A stretch of DNA of 64,000 nt from Acidimicrobiia bacterium (lineage in GTDB: Bacteria > Actinomycetota > Acidimicrobiia > Acidimicrobiales > JANYDT01), in contig JANPFX010000221.1 in assembly GCA_031423635.1 (NCBI GenBank), forward strand, positions 21,354 to 85,353, in the 5' to 3' direction. A program made the position numbers and the translations under genes. This document shows positions 39,432 to 47,843 of the stretch, piece after piece. The notes beneath the pieces are model-generated. The model had not been told where the DNA came from and ran no database searches. It saw only the letters and a program-made list of their open reading frames with translations. How positions within the stretch are numbered: position 1 is the stretch's first letter; each line of letters starts with the position of its first letter.

Positions 39432-40037
39432 TCAGTCGATTTCGACCCCGAACCCGATGACCAGGCCGACGAGCGAACTCGAGGAGAAGTGGGCTCCACG
39501 AAGCTTCGCCGTGAGCGGGTTGATGAGGAAGCCGAACGCCGTCCGGAAGTCGGAGTCGGTCAGGTTGGCCCCGGCAAATCCGGCCCGTGCGAGGTCGGTT
39601 TCGTGGAACACCGCACCGGTCAGATCTGCCTCGAGGAATTCGGCCTCGAGTGCTCGGCACTCGGACACGCGGATCGCTCCGAGGCGCGACCTTGCGAAGT
39701 TCGCGTAGCTGAGGTCGCAGCGGTCGAAGGTGTTCGGCGAGGTTGCGGAGTACGCCGACCACGACGCGACCGAGAAGTCGGCACCGGTGAGGCGGCAGTC
39801 CTCGAACGTCGTGTCGCGAATCGTGCAGTCCGTCCATTTCGACAACGACAGGTCGGTTCCCACGAATCGGCATCGGTCGAACACGCATTCCACGGGTGAC
39901 CATGGGAGGTCAGACGATGTGAGGTGGAACTCGCAGTCGGCGAACTCGACATCTCGGAACGTTTTGTGCAGCGGCATCGCTCCGTCGATCACCGCACCGA
40001 TCCAACGTTCACCGTCGTCGATCGACCCCAGCTCCAT
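39432..40037 (-). CDS. Pentapeptide-repeat protein (MfpA/Qnr-sized)
   Basis: 201 aa. Long runs of A(D/N)LxX-type pentapeptides (FEDCRLTGADFSVAS, CDLSYANFARSRL, EADLTGAVFHETDLARAGFAGANLTDSDF). Confidence 0.85.
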   Translation of the reverse strand: MELGSIDDGERWIGAVIDGAMPLHKTFRDVEFADCEFHLTSSDLPWSPVECVFDRCRFVGTDLSLSKWTDCTIRDTTFEDCRLTGADFSVASWSAYSATSPNTFDRCDLSYANFARSRLGAIRVSECRALEAEFLEADLTGAVFHETDLARAGFAGANLTDSDFRTAFGFLINPLTAKLRGAHFSSSSLVGLVIGFGVEID

Positions 40038-40081
40038 TCGAGCAACCTACGCGTGCTCGCCGGGACGGCGGGCTTCCGGCG

Positions 40082-41137
40082 TCATCGGGCGACGGCATCT
40101 GCGTGATGCCGGGCCATGTTGGCCGGGTAGCTCCGGGCGTAGTAGTTCCAGAGTTGCTGCCCATAGACACCCGTCCCCGTGCTCGCCTGCCCGGACTTCC
40201 CGGCGAGGAGTTCATCGCGTTTGGCCATGAAGCCCGCGTTGGCATGCCGTGGGCTGTTCTGAACTGCCTCCGCGAACACAGGTGCGAGCGGTAGTGGGTC
40301 AAGGCTTGTCCGGAGGTCGGGCCCGTGGAAGTACGCCGAGGAGAACCGGGGTTCGGTCGCAATCACGCGGTGCGTGGTGGCAATTACATAGTTCCCGCTG
40401 ATCTCCTGGAGCATCTCCCCGAGGTTGATTACGAGCGTGCCCGGCACGACAGGTACGTCGATCCACTCACCTTCGGGATTGAGGGCCTGCAGGCCGCCGA
40501 CCCGGTGCTGTACCAGGACGGTGACGAAGCCGGCGTCATGGTGAGCATTGACCCCGCACTGCCCTGCTGGCGTTTGCGGGTAACGGATGAGCTTGGCGAG
40601 CGACATCGGCCGTTCGCCGAACACGTTCTGGAGGTGATCCTCCGCCAACCCGAATGCCGAAGAGAGCGCCGCCATCAGCTGATCGGCTATCTCGCCCATC
40701 ATGGACATGAAGTCCTCGACGAGTGCGCGAAATCCCGGGATGGTCGCTTCGTCGAGCCACTGGTTCGGACCGTCAAGTCGGAGAAACGGTGGGTCAATAT
40801 CATACGTGTACGGATCATGTGCGGTGCAGAGATCCAGCTGCTCGCGATAGTCCACCCGATTGTCGGTCAGCTCTGCGCCGACGCGCTCCCATCCGCGGAA
40901 GTGAGGCGACTCGATCTTGTCGATTCGGGCTTTCACGTCGCCTGGGAGAGCGAAGAACTCACCGAGCGCACGGAAGTATCGGTCGAAGAACGTCTGCTCG
41001 ACACCGTGGCCGTTGAGGAGCAGGAATCCGACCCGATGCGCGATCTCCAGTAGGTCCGATGCGAACTGATCTCGCTGTTCGGGCGTCTCCGGCGCGTTCC
41101 AGTGGCGGAGATCGAGGACAGGAATTTCGGAGAACAT
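40082..41137 (-). CDS. 2-oxoglutarate/Fe(II)-dependent oxygenase (isopenicillin N synthase family)
   Basis: 351 aa. N-terminal IPVLDL, HHD facial-triad region (NAHHDAGFVTVL), distal ATTHRV. GAAGGA RBS. Confidence 0.85.
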   Translation of the reverse strand: MFSEIPVLDLRHWNAPETPEQRDQFASDLLEIAHRVGFLLLNGHGVEQTFFDRYFRALGEFFALPGDVKARIDKIESPHFRGWERVGAELTDNRVDYREQLDLCTAHDPYTYDIDPPFLRLDGPNQWLDEATIPGFRALVEDFMSMMGEIADQLMAALSSAFGLAEDHLQNVFGERPMSLAKLIRYPQTPAGQCGVNAHHDAGFVTVLVQHRVGGLQALNPEGEWIDVPVVPGTLVINLGEMLQEISGNYVIATTHRVIATEPRFSSAYFHGPDLRTSLDPLPLAPVFAEAVQNSPRHANAGFMAKRDELLAGKSGQASTGTGVYGQQLWNYYARSYPANMARHHADAVAR

Positions 41138-41203
41138 GGGAGCGGTCCTTCGGAGATGCTCGCCGGTCGTTGTTTCGAAGCGTCGGATGAATCGAGGCTT
41201 GCT

Positions 41204-41223
41204 CTCCGACCGGTGACACTACC
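41204..41223. repeat. 20-bp perfect repeat copy 1 (CTCCGACCGGTGACACTACC)
   Basis: Lies 66 nt upstream (minus-strand sense) of the 2OG-oxygenase ATG. Identical to 41861-41880. Confidence 0.9.
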
Positions 41224-41276
41224 CGCACCGAGTCAAGTGAGCGTTGCCGTCGGTAACGCGCCGCCGCGCGAGTTGC

Positions 41277-41828
41277 CTAGGAAAGGGCCGAATCCCTGCG
41301 TCGGCGGCCGCCGGAAACGAGTGCTGAACCCAGGACGACCAAGAGGACAGCGACCGCGAACTCGGTTCGAGAGTGTCGCCCAGTGAAGGCGAGCGTCGTC
41401 GGCTCAACCGCGACGGGCACGTCGAGGCGGGTCGTGACGGCGAGCACCTCGACCGTCCACGCGTGTCTGAGACCGTTGGAGAGGACTTCGATGGTCATTC
41501 GTCCGGTCGGCACATCAGGGAATCTGTAGCGGCCCCGTTCGTCGGTCACGACGGTGCGGCAAATGCCGTCAGGCAAGGTGATCGTGACGAACGCGCCCGC
41601 CGAAGTGGCCTCGTTCACCGATCGGCGCCCGTCGCCGTCGATATCGACGAAGACGAGACCGGTGACGTCGCGAACGGATTGCGGGGCCGTCGGCGCCGAC
41701 TCGCGTGTCGTCGAGTCGATCGTGGTCACGGGGAAGGAGGTCGGCGTCGGAGGCGGGCCCTCGGGAGATGGGACCGACTCGTTGAGTTCGGTGCTCGGTA
41801 CGAGGATCGGAGCCACGGACGGTCTCAT
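41277..41828 (-). CDS. Cell-surface protein with SdrD-B/CarboxypepD_reg-like fold and C-terminal LAxTG sortase sorting signal
   Basis: ATG 41828 chosen where G/C third-position bias begins. VFVDIDGDGRRS...VVTDERGRYRF motif. C-terminus LAFTG + hydrophobic stretch + RRRRD. N-terminal signal peptide not convincing. Confidence 0.6.
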   Translation of the reverse strand: MRPSVAPILVPSTELNESVPSPEGPPPTPTSFPVTTIDSTTRESAPTAPQSVRDVTGLVFVDIDGDGRRSVNEATSAGAFVTITLPDGICRTVVTDERGRYRFPDVPTGRMTIEVLSNGLRHAWTVEVLAVTTRLDVPVAVEPTTLAFTGRHSRTEFAVAVLLVVLGSALVSGGRRRRDSALS

Positions 41829-41860
41829 CTGTCTCAAGAACCTTGACAGGTTCCGTGCCG

Positions 41861-41880
41861 CTCCGACCGGTGACACTACC
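41861..41880. repeat. 20-bp perfect repeat copy 2 (CTCCGACCGGTGACACTACC)
   Basis: Lies 32 nt upstream (minus-strand sense) of the LAxTG-protein ATG. The minus strand reads GGTAGTGTCACCGGTCGGAG and contains a TANNNT-type -10 (TAGTGT). Confidence 0.9.
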
Positions 41881-42126
41881 TGCCTTGCGCCAAGCGACCA
41901 GCTGGCGGCGAGAACGCGATGCACCGACGTATGGAGCCGTCCGAGGGGACGAATCTCGGCGACTGCAGTCAGCGCCCGTGACCGAGCAGCTTTCGTCCCA
42001 CGATCGATCTGAGCCCTTCGTGGATGGAACGTAGGCTGCCACCGTGCCCACCGAACCGCTTTCGTCATCTGGATCGACGCCTTTTGTGTCATGCAGCCGG
42101 CGCCAATCGAACGAAGTCGGCTGACC

Positions 42127-42870
42127 ATGGACCTGGGTATAGCCGGGCGCACGGCGGCGGTTGCTGCGGGCTCAGCCGGTCTCGGATTCGGCTCCGCTCG
42201 GGCGCTGGTCGAGAACGGCGTGCGTGTCGCGTTGTGTGGACGAAGCGAGCAACGACTGATCGCCGCCGCCCAGTCACTGGGCCCGCTGGCTGTTCCGCTC
42301 GTCGCCGACGTGAGCACCGTCGAGGGAGCCGTTGCGTTCGTTGAAGCGGCACGCGCTCGACTCGGCCACATCGACATTCTCGTGGCGAACGCCGGAGGTC
42401 CCCCGCCGGGGACTTTCGCGTCGACACCGTTGGCGGCCTACCTGCCAGCGATCGAGTTGAGCCTGCTCTCAACTGTTGCCATGTGTCAGGCGGTCGTACC
42501 CGAGATGCAGTCCCGGCGTTGGGGTCGAATCGTTGCGATCACGTCGATCTCGGTTCGCCAACCGATTGCCAACCTGGTGCTTTCGAATACGGCGCGTGCG
42601 GGACTCACGGGATTCCTCAAGACGCTCGCCCGCGAAGTCGCCCCGGACGGCGTCACGGTGAACTCCGTGCAACCCGGCGTGCACGCGACGGAGCGGATCT
42701 CGAACGTCTACCGATCGATGGCCGATGCCGCAGTAGGAGTGCCGGCAGGCGTTGTCGGCGATCCGAACGACTTCGGCCAGATCGTGGCGTTCCTCTGTTC
42801 AGAGCAGTCTCGTTTCATCACCGGTGCGGCGCTCCCGGTCGATGGTGGGTCCTACGCCGGCCTGCAATGA
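42127..42870 (+). CDS. Short-chain dehydrogenase/reductase (SDR)
   Basis: ATG 42127 (MDLGIAGRTAAVAAGSAGLGFG). NAGG motif. 247 aa. ATGA overlap with the next gene. Confidence 0.85.
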   Translation: MDLGIAGRTAAVAAGSAGLGFGSARALVENGVRVALCGRSEQRLIAAAQSLGPLAVPLVADVSTVEGAVAFVEAARARLGHIDILVANAGGPPPGTFASTPLAAYLPAIELSLLSTVAMCQAVVPEMQSRRWGRIVAITSISVRQPIANLVLSNTARAGLTGFLKTLAREVAPDGVTVNSVQPGVHATERISNVYRSMADAAVGVPAGVVGDPNDFGQIVAFLCSEQSRFITGAALPVDGGSYAGLQ

Positions 42871-43670
42871 CGACGGCACGGATTCTTCTCGCCTCCGGTG
42901 GGCCGACGTATGCCCACGACCACGCGACCGCAGCATTGGTCCTGACGGACCTCCTGACGAGCGCCGGTCATGTCGTCGTAGGAATCACGACCCATCCGGA
43001 CGACATTCCCGCAGCCGTCGAGCAAACCGCGCCTGACTGCATCGTCTCGCACATGCTCTGGTGGCGAATGCTCGCAGAGCGCTACGACGATCTCAGGGCT
43101 ACCTGGGCATACGAGGCGTCAGAAGCAGTTCGCAATGCGCTCGAACGTTTCGTCATCGATGGGGGTGCGTTGGTCGCGTTGCACACGAGCACGATCTGTT
43201 TCGACGAATGGCCGGGCTGGGGAGATCTGCTGGGAGCTCAGTGGAACTGGGACCGTTCGTTTCATCCTCCGCTTGGTGCGGTGTCGGTTCGTCTGGTGTC
43301 GCCTGGAGCGGGCAGTGCTGCGGATCAGGAGACAACGGCTCGATCGAAGCCAATGGGTATTCCTGCTCTACTCACGAGTGAAGCGATCGAGGTGGTTGGA
43401 GGGCTTGTCGACTACGAAACCGTGGACGAGGTCTACATGCACCTTGATGTTCGCCACGACGCACAACCACTGGCGTTCGCCCGCCCGCTCGGCGATCCCC
43501 TCGCCGCGGAGCACCCGGTCCTGTGGTGTCGCTGCGTCGGTCGCGGTGCGGTCGCGACGTTCGGCCTTGGGCACGACGCGAGCGCGTTGTCCCACCCGAC
43601 GACGGCCGAGCTCGTTCGACGATGTGTGGCGTGGACGGTACGATCGACGCGTGCGTCGTCAGGGCACTAA
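42867..43670 (+). CDS. ThuA-like (class I glutamine-amidotransferase-like fold) protein
   Basis: 267 aa. GGALVALHTSTICFDEWPGWGDLLGAQW resembles the ThuA-domain core. Confidence 0.6.
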   Translation: MTTARILLASGGPTYAHDHATAALVLTDLLTSAGHVVVGITTHPDDIPAAVEQTAPDCIVSHMLWWRMLAERYDDLRATWAYEASEAVRNALERFVIDGGALVALHTSTICFDEWPGWGDLLGAQWNWDRSFHPPLGAVSVRLVSPGAGSAADQETTARSKPMGIPALLTSEAIEVVGGLVDYETVDEVYMHLDVRHDAQPLAFARPLGDPLAAEHPVLWCRCVGRGAVATFGLGHDASALSHPTTAELVRRCVAWTVRSTRASSGH

Positions 43671-43714
43671 CGACCACTAGAGAACCGGTGGCCGGGCCAT
43701 CCGAAGGAGCAGCA

Positions 43715-45031
43715 ATGAGCACGATGGTGATCACCGGCGCGATGGTGATCGATGGAACCGGCGCGGCGCCGCATCCCGCTGACGTCCATGTGTCCGGCGA
43801 TCGCATCGTGGCGGTCACCCGGACGTCTGAGCAGTCTGCACCGGCCCCTGGAGCGAGAATCGTCGACGCCACCGGATGCACGGTGATGCCGGGCCTGATC
43901 GACGCCCATACCCACGTGACCCTCGGCGAACCTGCTTCGAACGACGAACTGTTCTTCCGGCGCGAACCTGCAAGTGCGGCGATCATCGCTGCGGCCAACG
44001 TTCGCAAGTTGCTCCTTGCCGGTGTCACATCGTTCCTTGATGCCGATGGCCTCTACGGCATTGGCCCGGCATTGCGCGACTGCATCAACGCAGGGATCGT
44101 TCCCGGCCCGAGCATGAAGTCCGGACACCACGCGCTCATGACAGCCGTTGGAGGTACTGCTGGTCGGCTCATCCCTGATGAAGGGACGGCGGGCTACGCA
44201 GAAGTCGTGCATGACCGCGACGACATGGTGCGTGTGGTCCGGCGGCAGATCAAAGAGGGAGCCGATTGCATCAAGGTGCATGTGACGGGCTCGGTTCCGA
44301 GCCGTCGCGGTGAGTTGTGCGTGTGGAAGCGCAGCGAGCTCGAAGTCGTCTGTGAAACAGCGCACGAACTCGGCGCTTGGGTGCTCGGACACTGCCGCAG
44401 TCAGGAGTCGACCCTGCTCGCAGCCCAGACCGGGATCGACGTGATCTACCACGGGTCGTACCTCGATGAAGCGTGCATCGACGCGATGCTCGAGGCTGGT
44501 TCGCTGCTGGTTCCCACGTGGACCTTCCTGGCCAATCTCGCCGACTACGGCTCCAAGGCCGGCGCCGGTGCGATGGCTCTCGACTGGTTCGCCAGCGAGA
44601 TCGAAGCAACGGCGAAGATGACCCGCGTTGCCTACGACCGTGGCGTGCCGATTGCGTGTGGAACCGAGACCGGGTTCAGCGTGACGCCGATCGGTGAGTG
44701 GCATGCCCGAGAGATGGAAGTGTTTGTCCACCAGATGGGCATCACCCCGCTGGAGGCGATCACCTGCGGGACCCGCAACGGTGCCATCGCCACCCGCGAG
44801 CAGGGCGAGACCGGCGTTGTGGAGGTCGGTATGCGCGCCGATCTTCTTGTGGTTGACGGTGATCCGTCGGAGGACATCGCAATCCTGCAGGATCGGTCGA
44901 AGCTGCGTAACGTGATCTGTCGCGGCGAAGACGTCGATCTGACCCCCATTCCGGAGCGCCGTGACCTGCCGGGAGAACGCTCGATGTCATGGACCGCTGT
45001 CCCGTTGACGCAGGCGGTTGCCCGATCGTGA
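43715..45031 (+). CDS. Metal-dependent amidohydrolase
   Basis: ATG 43715 with GAAGGAG RBS. VMPGLIDAHTHV metal-binding motif. 438 aa. Confidence 0.8.
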   Translation: MSTMVITGAMVIDGTGAAPHPADVHVSGDRIVAVTRTSEQSAPAPGARIVDATGCTVMPGLIDAHTHVTLGEPASNDELFFRREPASAAIIAAANVRKLLLAGVTSFLDADGLYGIGPALRDCINAGIVPGPSMKSGHHALMTAVGGTAGRLIPDEGTAGYAEVVHDRDDMVRVVRRQIKEGADCIKVHVTGSVPSRRGELCVWKRSELEVVCETAHELGAWVLGHCRSQESTLLAAQTGIDVIYHGSYLDEACIDAMLEAGSLLVPTWTFLANLADYGSKAGAGAMALDWFASEIEATAKMTRVAYDRGVPIACGTETGFSVTPIGEWHAREMEVFVHQMGITPLEAITCGTRNGAIATREQGETGVVEVGMRADLLVVDGDPSEDIAILQDRSKLRNVICRGEDVDLTPIPERRDLPGERSMSWTAVPLTQAVARS

Positions 45032-45807
45032 GCACTCCGATCGCCATCGTCACGGGTGCCGGGCGCGGACTCGGCCTGGCCATCGCCGATCGTCTGCGCG
45101 CTGATGGGTTTGAAACGATCGGGCTCGACGTCGACGGAGCCGCGGGCACCATCGTGTGCGACGTCACCGATCACGCTGCGGTCGAAGTGATGATCGCCTC
45201 CCTGTCGGCGGCTCCGGCCGCTGTCGTGAACAACGCTGGCATCGTTCGGTTCGGGTCGCTACTCGACGTGAGCGACGCCGAGTTTCGCCGTGTCGTCGAC
45301 GTGAACCTCACCGGCACCTTCACCATCGCTCGCCTTGCGGCTCGCCGGATGGTGGCCGACGGTGTGCACGGGTCGATCGTGAACATCACCTCAATCAATG
45401 GGGTGTCACCGGGTCTGAACTCCGGGGCCTATGGCGCGACGAAGGCCGCTGTGGCCCTGCTCACCCGACAGATGGCGTTGGAATGGGGGCCACACGGAAT
45501 CCGAGTGAACGCTGTGGCCCCGGGGCTGATCGACGCCGGAATGTCGGAGCCGATCTACGCCGACCCCGAAGCACGGGTGGCTCGCGCGGGTCGGGTCCCG
45601 CTCGGTCGTCTGGGAACGTCGGACGACATTGCTTCGGCGGTGTCGTTCCTGGTCTCCGATCAGGCGGCCTACATCACGGGCACCGAGATGATCGTTGACG
45701 GAGGGGTGGTGCAGAGCGCGATCTCCTCGCTCCCTCGGCCCAAGGCCGTTGACGGAGTCGGCGGCGTGCCGAACGCTGCCGCCAGCAACGGGACCGTCCA
45801 TGCGTGA
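45028..45807 (+). CDS. Short-chain dehydrogenase/reductase (SDR)
   Basis: GTG 45028 (GTGA overlap). IAIVTGAGRGLGLAIA, NNAG, YGATKAA catalytic motif. 259 aa. Confidence 0.85.
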   Translation: MSTPIAIVTGAGRGLGLAIADRLRADGFETIGLDVDGAAGTIVCDVTDHAAVEVMIASLSAAPAAVVNNAGIVRFGSLLDVSDAEFRRVVDVNLTGTFTIARLAARRMVADGVHGSIVNITSINGVSPGLNSGAYGATKAAVALLTRQMALEWGPHGIRVNAVAPGLIDAGMSEPIYADPEARVARAGRVPLGRLGTSDDIASAVSFLVSDQAAYITGTEMIVDGGVVQSAISSLPRPKAVDGVGGVPNAAASNGTVHA

Positions 45808-46561
45808 CGTCGCTGGCATGTCGGTGTTGGTCACCGGCGGCGGCTCCGGGATCGGTGCGGCTACCGCCGCCCGTTTTGCATCGCTAGGCGCAAAGGTAAC
45901 GATCAGCGGACGCCGGGTCGAAAAGCTTGCGTCCGTCGTGGACGCCATTGGCACCAACTGTCGGAGCGTCGTTGGTGACGTCACGCTGGCCGCCGATCGG
46001 ACGGCGATGATCAACGCAGCAGCGGAGTTCGGTGGCGGTCTCGACGTGCTCGTGAACAACGCCGGCAACATGGTTCGCGCGTCGGTGGCGGAGTGGGACG
46101 AAGAGGCGATTCTCTCGGTGCTCAACTCCAACGTGGTCGCCGGCATGATGCTCGTGCAATCCGCACTTCCGCATCTGCTCGCGCGACGCGGTTGCGTGGT
46201 GTTCGTGAGTTCCGTGTACACCACACGGGCCTTTCCCGGAGCGGCGCCCTATGCCGTGACGAAGGGTGCGGTCGAAACGCTGACCGCCGTCCTCGCGAGC
46301 GAACTCGGTCCCCAGGGCGTGCGGGTCTCGTGCGTGCGACCGGGAGCGGTATTCACCGAAATCAACCAGCGCGCTGGACTGTGGGACGACGATGCAGCGT
46401 TGGCGAGGCTGCAGAGCATGGCCTCGGCGCACGCACTCGGCCGTATCGGCACCACCGACGAGATCGCCGAAGCCATTGAGTTCGTGTCGCGCTCCGAGTG
46501 GATCACCGGCGACGTGGTGAGCGTCGACGGTGGCCTCGGGCTCGGCCATACCCACACCTGA
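45800..46561 (+). CDS. Short-chain dehydrogenase/reductase (SDR)
   Basis: ATG 45800 (8-nt overlap with the previous gene). VLVTGGGSGIGAATA, NNAG, YAVTKGA. 253 aa. Confidence 0.85.
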   Translation: MRDVAGMSVLVTGGGSGIGAATAARFASLGAKVTISGRRVEKLASVVDAIGTNCRSVVGDVTLAADRTAMINAAAEFGGGLDVLVNNAGNMVRASVAEWDEEAILSVLNSNVVAGMMLVQSALPHLLARRGCVVFVSSVYTTRAFPGAAPYAVTKGAVETLTAVLASELGPQGVRVSCVRPGAVFTEINQRAGLWDDDAALARLQSMASAHALGRIGTTDEIAEAIEFVSRSEWITGDVVSVDGGLGLGHTHT

Positions 46562-46590
46562 GATCGTTCTCGTTTCTTTCGGAGGTCATC

Positions 46591-47802
46591 ATGTCGACAC
46601 CAACCATCGTCACCATCACGGGTCTCGACGAAGCAAGGGAGATCTACCGACACAAGGACATGGCGCAGGCACTCTACGACGAGGGCGAGATCATGAACGG
46701 TGTGCTCGTCAATCTGCATGGTGATGACCACCGCAGCCGTCGGCGTTTGGAGAATCGGCTCTTTCGCCGTGACACCCTCGATCACTACGAGCACGAACGA
46801 TTTCCTCCGATCATCAACGCCACCCTCGCCCCCCACGTCGCCGCCGGGTCCAGTGAGCTCGTCACGTTGAGCCATCAGCTGATGATGAACCTCGCCGCGT
46901 TCAATGCCGGTGTCGACCGCCCGACCGGCACGGCGGCCGAGACGCACCGGCTCTACGCCCAGATGATGAAGTTCATCGAGGGCGCCACGATCGCGCACTC
47001 CACGCGTGACAAGGCCGTTGTGAACGGCGAAGTGGCTGAAGCAATGGGCCGCTTCCAGACGGAGTTTCTCGACCCATCGATCGAGCGTCGCCGGGCCCTC
47101 ATTGACGATGTTGGCGCAGGACGAGCCTCCGAGTCATCGCTGCCACGTGACGTGCTGACCGTGCTCCTCCGCAACATCGACCAGCTCCCGCTTCCGGCCG
47201 ACATCATCCAGCGCGAGATCGCGTTCTTCCTTCTCGCCGGGGCGCATACGAGCGCAACGGCATTCACCAGATCCCTCGACAACATCTTCACGTGGATAGC
47301 GTCCCACCCGGACGATGAGGATCGTTTACGCGCTGATCGTTTGTTCGTGCAGCGGTGCGTGCATGAGACGGTTCGTTTGCAACCATCGAGTCCGGTCGCG
47401 CAACGCTGGGCCCGTTCGGAGGTCACGCGTAAGGACGGTTCCGTGATTCGTTCGGGATCGAAGGTCGTGATCGACCTCATGTCGGTCAACCGTGACCCCT
47501 CGATCTTCGGAGACGACGCTGCGGTGTTCAATCCGCACCGCGTCGTGAGCCGTGACGACGTAGGTCCTTTCGGGCTGTCGTTTGGGCACGGGATGCATCA
47601 TTGCATCGGTCAGGAATTGGCCGCCGGCGTTCTGCTCGGCGAAGGAGACGACCCCAGCAACCATCTCTTCGGCCTCGCCACGATTGCCGTGCAGGCAATG
47701 ATCGACCGCGGCGCGCGTCGCAACCCGACCAACCCACCAGTCATCGATGCCGCAACCAGCCGCCCTTACTGGTCCAGCTATCCGGTGGTCTTCAACGCGT
47801 GA
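46591..47802 (+). CDS. Cytochrome P450 (paralog A)
   Basis: ATG 46591 with GGAGG RBS. I-helix LAGAHTSA, EXXR (HETVRL), heme loop FGHGMHHCIGQELA. 403 aa. Confidence 0.9.
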   Translation: MSTPTIVTITGLDEAREIYRHKDMAQALYDEGEIMNGVLVNLHGDDHRSRRRLENRLFRRDTLDHYEHERFPPIINATLAPHVAAGSSELVTLSHQLMMNLAAFNAGVDRPTGTAAETHRLYAQMMKFIEGATIAHSTRDKAVVNGEVAEAMGRFQTEFLDPSIERRRALIDDVGAGRASESSLPRDVLTVLLRNIDQLPLPADIIQREIAFFLLAGAHTSATAFTRSLDNIFTWIASHPDDEDRLRADRLFVQRCVHETVRLQPSSPVAQRWARSEVTRKDGSVIRSGSKVVIDLMSVNRDPSIFGDDAAVFNPHRVVSRDDVGPFGLSFGHGMHHCIGQELAAGVLLGEGDDPSNHLFGLATIAVQAMIDRGARRNPTNPPVIDAATSRPYWSSYPVVFNA

Positions 47803-47843
47803 TGAACGATCCCATCAACTCGGCGCGCAGAAGCGTTCGACCG

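Noticed and set aside
39432-40037. Annotating the pentapeptide-repeat protein as a quinolone-resistance determinant (qnr or mfpA)
   Set aside because: Only the repeat architecture and size are visible, and many pentapeptide proteins have other roles. The mfpB-like GTPase partner is absent.
41829-42377. Extending the LAxTG-protein gene upstream to 42068, 42092 or 42377
   Set aside because: The extension has low G/C3 in the portion I checked and no signal-peptide-like hydrophobic core. It would also overlap the divergent SDR gene start region.
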